From: Intoshia linei
Taxonomy: Eukaryota; Animalia; Orthonectida
Assembly: GCA_001642005.1 (NCBI GenBank)
Contig: LWCA01000140.1
Coordinates: 1-47,951, forward strand
DNA: 47,951 nt
Direction: 5' to 3'
Each line of letters begins with the position of its first letter. Within the stretch, counting starts at the first letter, position 1. The notes beneath the pieces are model-generated. The model was not told the origin of the DNA, did no database searches, and was given only the letters and a program-made list of their open reading frames with translations. The translations under genes and the position numbers were made by a program. Shown piece after piece: positions 1-11,300 of this stretch.

Positions 1-769
1 ATATATATTATATATTAAACATATATTTATATTTTACGCGCATATGCGAAATGAAAATATTTATATTTTTACTGTTAAGTATGCATTGGAGCTGTCATAT
101 GTCAGTAGGCATGCTTAGCAAGCCTTATTTTTTTTGTTAATTAAATTTTTTAACCAACTTAAATGATCCAATATGAATGTAAATGATCACTATAAATATC
201 GGTCAGCACGCGTACCTATCCTTATCTCAATATCTCAACTTTGTACGTAATTATTATCAAAGGAACAAGGGAACAATATTTCCAGATAGGTTAAGTAAAT
301 AACAAAATATTATCAATATTTCCAGACATTTTAAATTCACATTCTTAAAAGATAGTATTTTGTTAGTTCAGTGTAATTACAATTAACACCGACACTATAA
401 TTATTGCGCCAATCACGATCACACTGACGATTGAAATAGCAATTATGAGACAAGATATTAATTAATTAGATAAGAGATATTTCATTTCATTGCAATTCAC
501 TTTTTGATAACTTAATTTTTGGAACTGCGATTTGTTTTAAATATATTGAATTAATTATTTTCTACCAAATTCTGACGCCCTTCACTTGTAACTAAGTTAA
601 GTTATTATAATTATTATTTTATTAGTATTTATATGTTAATTATCATGCAATTCCAATATGATGATACCAATATTATGTTCATTAATTAGCTAATTAAAAT
701 TTTATAAAGTCAATACTGTTAATAGTCATTTTTCACTCAAGCAAGTTAAAACAACTCTTTTATAACATT

Positions 770-1240
770 GGCTATCCCCTGTACCTATCATGAATAAGTG
801 GGTACATGGTTAACAGCTAATAAATATTATGTAAAAAAACTTCCAAAATTCAGATCCATTGCTATACTATAGCTATAGTATAGCTTATAATAGAGTAATA
901 ATAAATCGAGTTAAAGTGGCTGTCAACCAACTTGGATATCTTTGCTAGATATAATAGAAATCGTTCAAGAATTGTTATTTAGCATAGAAAAGACCTACAA
1001 TGTATTATGTAATTTGTCCTTATATTCGGATCCCTGCAGCATAAAAGATTATATTAATAAACGTCTAAAGAAAAACGACATATATAGCATTATGAATAAT
1101 TTAGATTAAAACAAATCCCCAATATTATATAATTCTCTAAGCAAGAGTAGTTATACATCCGTCAGTGTAGAAAGAAGCTTTAGCCGATTAAAAAAAATGG
1201 TAACTAAAGAAAAACCATTAATACCTGACTATATATAAAC
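770..1240 (+). pseudogene. Degenerate hAT-like (DUF659/CGGBP-type) transposase C-terminal relic
   Basis: Frameshifted translation gives PVPIMNKW(G)TWLTANKYYVKK (~778-845, the 'P.P.ITRWGTWL.A..YY' motif) and YTSVSVERSFSRLKKMVTKEKP (~1152-1217, hAT 'TS..VERSFS' motif), with stops between them. Confidence 0.75.
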
Positions 1241-1759
1241 ATTAGGGCTGTTCGTTTTGTACAAAAATTGATTTTTGTTGAAAATACCCTATACCACGCT
1301 GAAGAGGGTACTTAAAAACCCCTAAAAAATATATTTTTAGAAAAATTTACCGTAAAAACATTAAGGTGTTTTTCTTTTTAAGGTTTTCGCGCGCTTTTTC
1401 CTCTTAATCTTAATTAACGCCAATGATTTTATTTTAAACATGGATACGATTAATGTACGACCCACTAAGACATATACCATTTGGAGTGAAAAAATGAAAT
1501 ATTTAACCTCACAGGGCGTTTTTTCCATAAAAAGGGGTTTTTGTAATAATTGTCAAATGTAAAAATTGCAAAATTTATAATTACCAAAAATTTATTTTAA
1601 CGGTGAAAATTTAAGTGTGTCATTATGAAATTCAGTTATTTACGTTTTAAATACATTTTAATGAAAAAAAAAAACTTCCTGTTTCACCGCTGCTTTAAAA
1701 TCTCCTACATTTTTAAATTGTTGTTGGCTGTTATAATAAAGCGATTCGTTAATGAAATA

Positions 1760-2010
1760 ATAATTTTCGCATTCTTTTATAACGTCTGACAATTTTGTAT
1801 AATTTTCATTTATTAAGACACTTTGGTGTTTGCGATTATTACAGTTAAATAGTATCATATCTCTTACACTTTCATCTACGTTATCAAACTTGCATTTAAT
1901 TTATTTTTCGTGCAATTTCTCGAGCTATAGTGCAAAAGGCTCATTATAACCTCTTTTTAAGGTATAAAATTGCATTCTTTCATAGCTAATGTTAACATCA
2001 CTCCAGCTTT
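1760..2010 (-). pseudogene. Ty3/gypsy LTR-retrotransposon gag relic
   Basis: Extending ORF 1658..1858 upstream in frame gives VNISYERMQFYTLKRGYNEPFAL*LEKLHEK*IKCKFDNVDESVRDMILFNCNNRKHQSVLINENYTKLSDVIKECE. This matches the gypsy gag pattern 'N..YER..F..R.Q..GE..D.Y...L..LA..C.F....E..IRD.I'. Two in-frame stops. Confidence 0.7.
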
Positions 2011-2034
2011 TTATTTTTGTCGTTCTTGTATTTT

Positions 2035-2460
2035 GATACTATAGCAACGCTACATAAACATTATCATAAATTTAAATTTAATGAAATTATATCTTCATGG
2101 CCAAAACCCTAAATTTTCTTCATTTTTTTTGAAAACAGCCCTAGAATTTCAAAAAAATTACATGTGGTAGAGTTGTATCATGTTAACACACATAAAAAAT
2201 TTCAATTCGAATAAGTGACGACTTCACGGTCAAAAACTTATTTTAGTATTTATATATTTTTTTCCGAAATATTTTATTAAAACAAAAAATATGAAATAAT
2301 TAATTTAAAAAAAGAATTATTCTGATAGAGCTTATTCCAGTTGATATAAATAGAAAATTTCAACCCCAGAAATTACGCATTTCCGATGAAAAATAATTTT
2401 TAAAATATTATCTAATATTAACAATTTTAAATATTAACAGATATTTTTCAAATGTTTCGA
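2035..2460 (+). mobile_element. Helitron-like repeat family, internal fragment
   Basis: Shares GAAAACAGCCCTAGAATTT, TAAGTGACGACTTCACGGTCAAAAA and CTGATAGAGCTTATTCCAGTTGATAT blocks with the copy at 44219-45085. Confidence 0.8.
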
Positions 2461-2539
2461 AAAATTAAAAAATAATAATATAACTTATAATTATATAATA
2501 ATATAACTTATAATTATATAATAATATAATAATAACCCC

Positions 2540-3294
2540 AGAAATCTATTAAAATTTGAAATTTAATAATTGCGTAGAAATGAAAAAAATTCCAAAATAA
2601 TGAATTATATAGATTTTCACCACATTTGTTTATTCGAAATATGTAGATCTATTTTTTACATTTTACAAATTTATTATTACAAATACATATAAAGTATATA
2701 CAAATACATTATACAAATGTACATTTTTTTTGAAATTTTAGGATCCATGTTTACATTTTCAATTCTTAATTATTATCAATATTATTTTTTACTCAAAATG
2801 CGTAGATTTATGGGGTTGAAATTTTGTATTCATATCAACTAGAATAAGCTCTATCAAAATAATTTTTTTTTTTAATTTTCGAACCGTTAATTATTTCGGA
2901 AAAAAAAATATATGAATACTAAAATGCTTTTTTGACCGTGAAGGCTTCAATTATTCAGATTGAAATTTTTTGTTTGTCTTAACCAGACACAACTGTACTA
3001 CTTCTAAATTTTTTTTAAATTTAAATTTATCATAACATTTATGATTTTAAAATCCGTATCAGGGTATATATTTTTTTAAATTTTCCAACTCGTTTGATTT
3101 TTAAAAACAAAGACATTTGGTGTTTTTGTCCCGTAAGATGTACATTTGGGCGGTTGAAATTTATTTTGCTAACACCTCCGTAAAAAAACTGTAATTAAAA
3201 TGTGGACTTTATAAAATTCTAATACTGGTAGTTATTGAAATAAACGATAACACACTCACAGTCAGACAAACAAAGCATATTATTTAAGTAAGGA
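2540..3294 (-). mobile_element. Helitron-like repeat, 5'-intact copy
   Basis: Minus strand starts A|TCCTTACTTAAAT...TTTGTCTGACTGTGAGTGTG at 3294 and is colinear with the other copies. Confidence 0.8.
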
Positions 3295-3679
3295 TTACCT
3301 TTATTCTCCATAACTTGTGAATCAAGTTGAATAGGTATTAAGAATATAATGATATATAAAATATTCATGAAAAATGGAATATAACGTAAGCTGTAACTTG
3401 CAATATGTAAAATAAATATAATAAGATTAACAATATATAATATACATTATTTACTTGTTTACGATGGTGATATTATATTTAGATTAAATATTAATTAAAT
3501 AATTACGTAACTTATTTAGACAGGGAGTGTTACCACTTCATTATGATTATATTAATCGTCTGCTTATATAATGTGATCATTAGATTAGACTAAAAAGAGC
3601 ACTTTTGAAATAATAAAACCAATAGAAAAATAATAAAATTGATCATGCACATTTTTATTTAACCAAAAAAAATTCACGT

Positions 3680-4156
3680 TGATAATCTAACTTAAAAATT
3701 AATTTATTCACTATTATCAATTCTTTAAAACAGTGGTTCCCAAACTTGTTTCAGGTAGAACCATTATATCACATTAGTTTTTAGTTTAAAGTGAATTATT
3801 TCATCTTAATTTTTTTTGTTAACATTTAAAAATAATGTGATAATATATATTCAGTATCAATTTGATAAATACTTAAAAATACCAATTATGTATCTATAAT
3901 TAACGGAATAAGTACTTTATAAACATATTTAAGGTAAATTTTACCAATATTGCAAAGCGTTGTAATGAATATATAAATTTTCAAAAAAAAAACAATTGGT
4001 CTTTTTGACCCGTAAGATGTGAGTTTGAGAGGTTGCAATTTATTTTGCTAATACCCTGGAAAAGAATTTAATTGAAATGTGGACTTTATAAAATATAAAA
4101 TTCTAGGATCAGTAGTTATTAAAATAAACGGTAACCAATAATTATATAAGTAAGGA
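3680..4156 (-). mobile_element. Helitron-like repeat, internally deleted copy
   Basis: 5' end A|TCCTTACTTATATAA at 4156 is joined directly to the 3' region (TTTTACCAATATTGCAAAGC; TTAACGGAAT). Confidence 0.7.
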
Positions 4157-5010
4157 TTATAATATTATTCAGTCTTTAACGCAGATTAATCCGTGTATTT
4201 ACAGTATGCATTGAAGACGTACTTTTAAAATTTTGTCGACACGATCGAACATGATCCTATTCGTTATAGGATCACACAGCATAGTGCTTCAGATCGTGTT
4301 GCAGAACTATATTACTCATTGGAAAGTTATAATCTTCTTAAATTCCAGTACTGCTACTAAAAAATTGCTAAAATTAAATTCCATTTTAACAATTAACTTG
4401 TAACCGTTTCAATATTGAAACAATCAAACATATGCTAATCATGTTAATTTATAGTTGGAGCTAGATAGCTGATAGCCAATAGAGCTAGAATAATAATTAG
4501 TTGTCTAATTTTGAACAGTATAGCACACATAAGTCAATCCAGTCTAAATAATCAGCCGAGCCTATATTTTATTATTTCAAAGCCAATTACTAAGACCAAT
4601 TAGTCAACCAAATTAATATACATAAAGCAAGAACGTTCATTTACTCAATTTTGCAAAAAAAATTATTTTTATTTTTTACTTACATATAAAAATAATCAAA
4701 AGCAACTAATGAATCAGGTAATTTATTTCTAATATCCTTACTCATATATAATGAATTTATGTGTGTTCATGTTTATTTTAAAAACTATCAGTCATAAAAT
4801 TTAAATAAATACATGTTCCAATACAGTTTTTTAGAGCGCTAAAATTTAGATATAAGATTAATCTAAAAAATTTAAATTCCCGATTAAAAATATATTTTTA
4901 CATTATATCATATAAGATAAAACAATATTGTTAATTGTTACAATAAATTGAAAATTTTAAAGCTCAACTACATTATTAATTAAAATAAACCACGTACATA
5001 TATGTATATA

Positions 5011-5317
5011 GGCTACTGGTTTACCCTGAGTCGAACCTACCGTATTCGAAGCTATAGAAAATAAAAATTATTAGTACTGGTAGCGGGTACGGTAAATTTT
5101 TTCACAAACGATGCGTAATGTGATATAGCCTTAGCCATCTCTCCAAGCGCTTGAATTGACGTAATAAATTTGACACCCAAAATAATTATGATATTTAAGA
5201 ATATAATTTTTTAATGCTCAATTTAGAAAAAAGAGCCCCCATTTTACAAAAATATTTTCGAGTCCCCCAAAAGACGGTATCGGTACGGTAGGTTCAGCGC
5301 TAGGCTTACCAGTAACC
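5011..5317. mobile_element. MITE with ~35-bp imperfect terminal inverted repeats, superfamily unclear
   Basis: Left end GGCTACTGGTTTACCCTGAGTCGAACCTACCGTA. Right end reverse complement GGTTACTGGTAAGCCTAGCGCTGAACCTACCGTA. No clean TSD. Confidence 0.65.
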
Positions 5318-5689
5318 TTTTTCGATCGCTAGAGTCAAGTACAAATTTTCTCTAAAAATTTGTCATACTGGATTTTTTTATAATTTTCTAAAAAAATGGA
5401 AAATCTTGTAGATAAATATGTATTTACAAAATTGTTAATCAAAAAATTGGATAGATTATAATAAAAAATTATTAATGATAAACTGCAAACTGACAATATA
5501 ACATTTTAATTAGCTAAATTAGCAACACTTAAATGTTTAATCATGTATGACATTTGATAAAGTTGATTTAACAAGCATTAAGAAACATTATCTCTGAATT
5601 ACAACATAATTAATACAAACATGTTGATTTCAAAACAACGGTAAATAAGTTTTTAATTAGATATCCATTTATCAAATAAGAAAATGATA

Positions 5690-6010
5690 ATAAAATAAAA
5701 TGAGATACAATTTCCGTTTTTTGAAAATTAAACGAGTTCGAGAATTTAAAAAAATGTATACTTTGATAGGGGTTTTAAAATGATAAATGTTATCATAAAT
5801 TTAAATTTAAAAAAAATATATCTTTAAAGCCAAACCCACAATTTACCCTTTTTTTAATGAAAACAGCCTTAGAAGTTAAAAAATTTATATATAAAAAATT
5901 AGTACAGTTGTATCTTGTTAACACACACAAAAAATTCAATTTGAATAGGTGACGCCTTCACGGTCAAAAAAACATTTTAGTATTCATATATTTTTTTTCC
6001 GAAATATTTT
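5690..6010 (+). mobile_element. Helitron-like repeat fragment
   Basis: AAACGAGTTCGAGAA...GAAAACAGCCTTAGAA...GTGACGCCTTCACGGTCAAAAA, as in 44400-44680. Confidence 0.75.
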
Positions 6011-7996
6011 AATGTTTTTTTTGGAAGCTTTCAATACAATTTAAATAATGTAAATAGCTAGAATTCGAGAAATTAAATCGTTAATAAAATTGAGCTAGAA
6101 ACAAATTTAAAAAAATAAACAGTATAACTAAACATGGAGAACGATATTATAAAGTCTGTATCATGTTTAAAAGCTCAAACGCAAATTTCCGTTAAGATAA
6201 AGTTCAGTTTTAATTTTTCCATAATATTTTTATTGTGATATTTAAAATGACAAACGCAACTCGAATAGATAGCGTTAAATGTTTTTGATTGCGAATTAGT
6301 TTTTCTATTTTAAAAATACACAATTTTAATGCTAATTTCCCATCGAATTCTAAAATTTTCGAAAAAATGTGACACCCTAATGTATATTACTGTGCCACTT
6401 TTTTTTATTAAAAAAACTTATTTTGCATCTGAATGCATTTTATGATTGTAAGCATTTATCCCAAAAAATTAAATCGAGTGATATTAAACGATACTAAAAT
6501 AAATGATATTGATAAATAGTAAAAACCACAGTGTTTTTTATGTTCAAAGGTATTTTCTAATTCAAATTTAAAGCCATTTCAACTGAAAATTTATTTTACC
6601 ATAATTATAATATTAACTTTTTTCTAATTTAAGTTTATTACATTTTTGGGGTTCCAAATGTAATTTTATTGAATTAAGGGTGTTAAGTGGAAAGGTTAAG
6701 AACCCATATTGTAATGCATCAACTCGAATAGTGAGTGCATTAAAACATACGAGTTTCATAAAAAGTGTGAAACTGATGTATAGACATGTATAATATTTTA
6801 TTAATTTGTCTATAAATTTAGTTCTACTTACTACTAGTTCTACTATTAACTTATTTTATTTCTAAAAGTTTTAAAGGCTATTAATAGTTATATGAATATT
6901 ATCATAATTTTTTTTTTCAAAATAAAAAATTTATTTGGTTATATGTTTTTATTAAAATTTTCCTTATCAATGATTGTAAATAATAACACGTAATGGATTA
7001 CATTGTAAATTAGATAAATTGTTGACATGTCAAAATTACAGTTAAAACGTTTTTGGCGGATTATGGTTATTGTAATTATTTTACCGGTTGAAATTGGTTT
7101 TATAATTATTTTATTAAATATATTTTTATATCAGTCACGTTATCAGCACTAGATTATCAAGGATACTTATGATATTACAAGTGTGTGACATTTGCCTCAA
7201 GGGTATAAAAAGATTTAATTATAATTATCAGTTATTTGACTTTATCGTACATCATCCCATCTTTTATATCACGTACAAGCAGTAGTTCTTAAGATGACAC
7301 AAGTTTACAGATGCATTTCTAGTAGAAATTTTCTACACCTGAATGAATATAAAAATTTTGATAATTTTACTAACCTAGTATCTTAAAGATAAACCTTATA
7401 AACATATCACTATTACTAAACACTTTAGCATTCTGTTTGACCAATCTTTATAGTAGCTAATCTAAAAGTTTTTTTACCATAGACTGCTAATTTCACATTA
7501 AATTTAACTTTAACCACTTAGAATATAACTGCTAAGAAATTTTATCTAAATAATTCATTGTACCAAGAAATTTAGAACTAAAAATTAATAAATTATAGTC
7601 ATCTAAAAAAAATACATAAATAAACACTTCATAATAATTATCCAATGCCTAAAATGGTTTATAATTTTAATTATTAAAAATCTAATTAATCCAACTTAAT
7701 TCTTGACACATGAAATATAAATCGTTACTTAATTACACATTTTTAATGTATAATTTTATTCTATACTCTTAGAGGTAATATATACTGATCATTGTATGTG
7801 GTGTGTTAATTTTAAGATTGCATTCAAAAATTATTTTCGGCTATGTTTTCTAATAAAAAAATTGTTAATTTGACCCTCACATTGAAATCAAAGCTAAATA
7901 CTTTATCAATATGAGAGAAACTGAGTAAAATCTATAGTGTGTATTTTTAACACAAAAACTCACCTTTTTTCATCACTGGAATATATTGACATGAAC

Positions 7997-8256
7997 CAGT
8001 GGTTCAAAACTTATTTTTTTATACCGCCCACGTTTTGACGATATACTCTGTCAGTATCTTCTGAAATAATGTTATTACTTTTAAAAGACTATAATTTATT
8101 TATAATAACATAATTTAATTAAAATTTATGCAAATTATATAATATAAATGAATATAATAATTCTCAAATATCGTTTTTTAAATCTCGATTTTTACAATCG
8201 CCCCTTAGACATTCTCACCGCCTTATGGGTGATATCTGCCACTTTGGGAACCACTA
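7997..8256. mobile_element. hAT-type MITE (degenerate)
   Basis: Ends CAGTGGTTCAAAACTT ... ACTTTGGGAACCACTA, with subterminal CGCCC motifs. Putative 8-bp TSD is only partly conserved (ACATGAAC/ATATAAAA). Confidence 0.65.
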
Positions 8257-8331
8257 ATATAAAAAATGAAAAACTCCATAGGAAAATTAAAATTTTTAAT
8301 TTATTATTCTTAATTAATTATGAAAATTTAG

Positions 8332-11300
8332 ATTAAGAATATAAATAAAGAACAATTTTTGATTGATAAATTAAAAACCAACGATATATGCGTTTCAAGT
8401 ATCAATAAAAATTTACTAGATACGCATTTTTACAATGTAATTACATGTATAATTATTTAAATAATTATTAATTATATTATTTATTAATCATGTATTAACG
8501 TTTGAATAACACTTTATAGTATTTTCAACTTTAATGATTTATAAAAGGGTGGTTCAAAAATTTTAGGTGAAGATAAAAAAATTTCATTAATTATTGATTA
8601 AATCAATTATATCAATTAGAAATTCTAATTTAGAATAAATTAGTTTTCATTGAAACAGTATTTTATCAACATTTTATCAATTCTGTAGTTCGCCATATAT
8701 TCACATTTTTTCTATATAACTCATCAGTATTGAGTCTATAAATTTCATCCTATTATTCACAGATTCCATTTTTTTTTTGAATTTTTTTTGATTTATTTAG
8801 AAAAGTTATTGGCGAATAGCGGAATCGGTATTTAGTGGAATCTCCACTATAATATAAATAAACGTGATAATTTATTTGCGGTGAAAAATATATTCCTAAA
8901 AATATTTTATAGTTCAATTTGACACGATCCACTAATAAAATTAAATATGGATTGAAATTGGATGGTTCATGCGCCGCAAAAATTTCTGGAATAGTACCAA
9001 GTAATTTTAATACATGTTACAGGTCGTTTAAAAAAGTTATACAATGTAATAGGCGAACCCCATTAATACATTCATCTTATCATTTGAAAAACCCCAAGAG
9101 TAAAAAAATATATCAATAGGGCAAAAACCACAAATTACCTTTTTTTAATGAAAACTGCCTTAGAATTTATAAAAATTAACAGTTGGTACAGTTGTATCTT
9201 GTTCAATCTGAATAAGTGACGCCTTCATGGTCAAAAAAGAATTTTAGTATTTATATATTTTTTTCCGAAATATTTTATTAAAACAAACAATGTGAAATAA
9301 TTTACGGTCCCAAAATTAAAAAAAAATTATTCTGATAGAGCTTATTCCAGTTGATATACATACAAAATTTCAACCCGAGAAATCTACGCATATCCGATGA
9401 AAAATAATTTTTAATATATTATCAACCAATATTTTGCAAATATTTCGATTAGAATAAAAATTGAAAATGTAAATATTAATCTCACAATTTCAAAAAAAAT
9501 TTGCATTGAACGTCTACACACTTCCAATAAAGAAATATGGGTTAAAATCTATATAATTCATTCCTTCGCAATTTTTCAATCTCAAATTCTCATTTTGATA
9601 ACATTTTGTTTAAAATTTAAATTAAAACCACAACAACGAATTACTAAAAATAATACAACTTTGTTATTATGATTATATGTTTATATTTATCACAATCTAT
9701 TGCAATATTGGTAAAATTCACCTGAAATATGTTTATAAAGTGCTGATTCCGTTAATGGTTGGTACATAATTGCAATCCTTTTGATAGTTAAAATGACATT
9801 TTTTTCAAAAAAACTTACATACTTAAATTACATTTAGGAATCCATTATGTCACTAGCCAAATAATGAGGACCCTTGTATTTGTACTAGTACGTACGGTTA
9901 ATTCTAGTAAAAATATTATTTTCCAAATAATTTTTTAACCATTCTCCAAACATACTGTATCTCACAATTATATATATATATATTTTATATTTCTAATATA
10001 TATTTTTTAGATTCCATAGCCAATTTAGCTGGTTTACAAATCGATGACAGTGTCATCAAAATAAATGAAATTAACGTATCAAGGTCGACTGCTCAGAGTG
10101 TTTTGGAGATTATTAGGTAATGTAAATTTAATAAAGTGATTTGTAATTTGTTTTGTTTTTTGTCCTTTTTTTGTAATTGAAAGTGACGAAATTTTTGTAA
10201 TACGAGGCCTCTTTTTTTGAAATTGAGCATTAAAAAAAATCATTACTATTTGGATAAAGGATTAAACTGTCAGATAGAGACCATAATCTACCCTAAAGTT
10301 ATTTTAAAACCAAAAAATTTTCCTTATGTGAACAAATCAAAGTAGATGAAGTATCGTTGGGTTAAATAACCCTACAAAAACTTATACTCTTATATTAATA
10401 TGATTATTTATATATATTTATATATGAATTGGATTCTTCAATTTTAGCGGAAATAAAACAAATTCAATTAATTTAATGATTGCAAGATACAACATAAACA
10501 GTCGACACATGTTTAATGGAAACCTTAATAATGTATGTAATAATTATATATGCTGGGTTATTAAATCTACAATCCTGCAACGGGTACGGATAAGCCCTCC
10601 ATTATTAAATTTTTTGAATATTAATCGAAGATTAATATATTTAATGAAACGGTTCGAAAAAGTAAAAAAAATTGATTCGATATATAATTTATTATAATTT
10701 GTTAATAAAAATCTTACTTTCCTAATTTTACATGTAGAATCAAATAAATCAAAAATTGTACAATTTATATTTATTTGAATTTGAAAATAATGCATATTTA
10801 ATTAATTCAATGAAATTATTGATTGAACCATTGCTCGGTATTAAACATTCAAATTCTAATTTAAAAAAAATGTTATATTTTTTTAAACAGGTAATTTCTA
10901 TATTTAAAATTAATTTTAATATTATACAATGTAATGTAAAGTAAACTAAAATTTAATAATTTAAAATTACTGTTTAGTTTCTTTGTATATCTACCAATAT
11001 ATTGAACAATATTAGAAATAATGAAAATTGCAGGTCTCTTCTGGAAAATATTTTTAAACAAGTAAGATTATTTTTCCATACAAAATAAGTCATTATCAAA
11101 CCTTTTCATCTGACACATATTCTGTTTAAAAGTCTAGGACTATTTTTTTATTAGTAATAATTTTAGAAATACAGAATTATTAAAACAGTAGAAGCTTACA
11201 ATTGCAAAATGAGAAATATACAAATTTCATACAAAAAATTACTTAATAATGAAACAGTGAAAATGTATTTAAATGTAATATTTATTGTTCAATTTCAACA

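Noticed and set aside
4231-4306. Hammerhead ribozyme, SECIS or tRNA identity for the structured island
   Set aside because: No CUGANGA/GAAA core on either strand, no SECIS apical AA geometry and no tRNA T-loop. Kept only as an unclassified candidate.
7130-7990. Possible upstream exons of the PDZ-DH-PH gene, or a separate gene
   Set aside because: Frames tried on both strands hit stops or gave incompatible phases; not supportable.
10544-11061. Minus-strand ORFs 10544..10795 and 10873..11061, and similar short F/I/K/N-rich ORFs (8148, 13154, 19678, 23417, 23554)
   Set aside because: Antisense shadows of real exons, or chance ORFs in AT-rich introns and TEs; no motifs.
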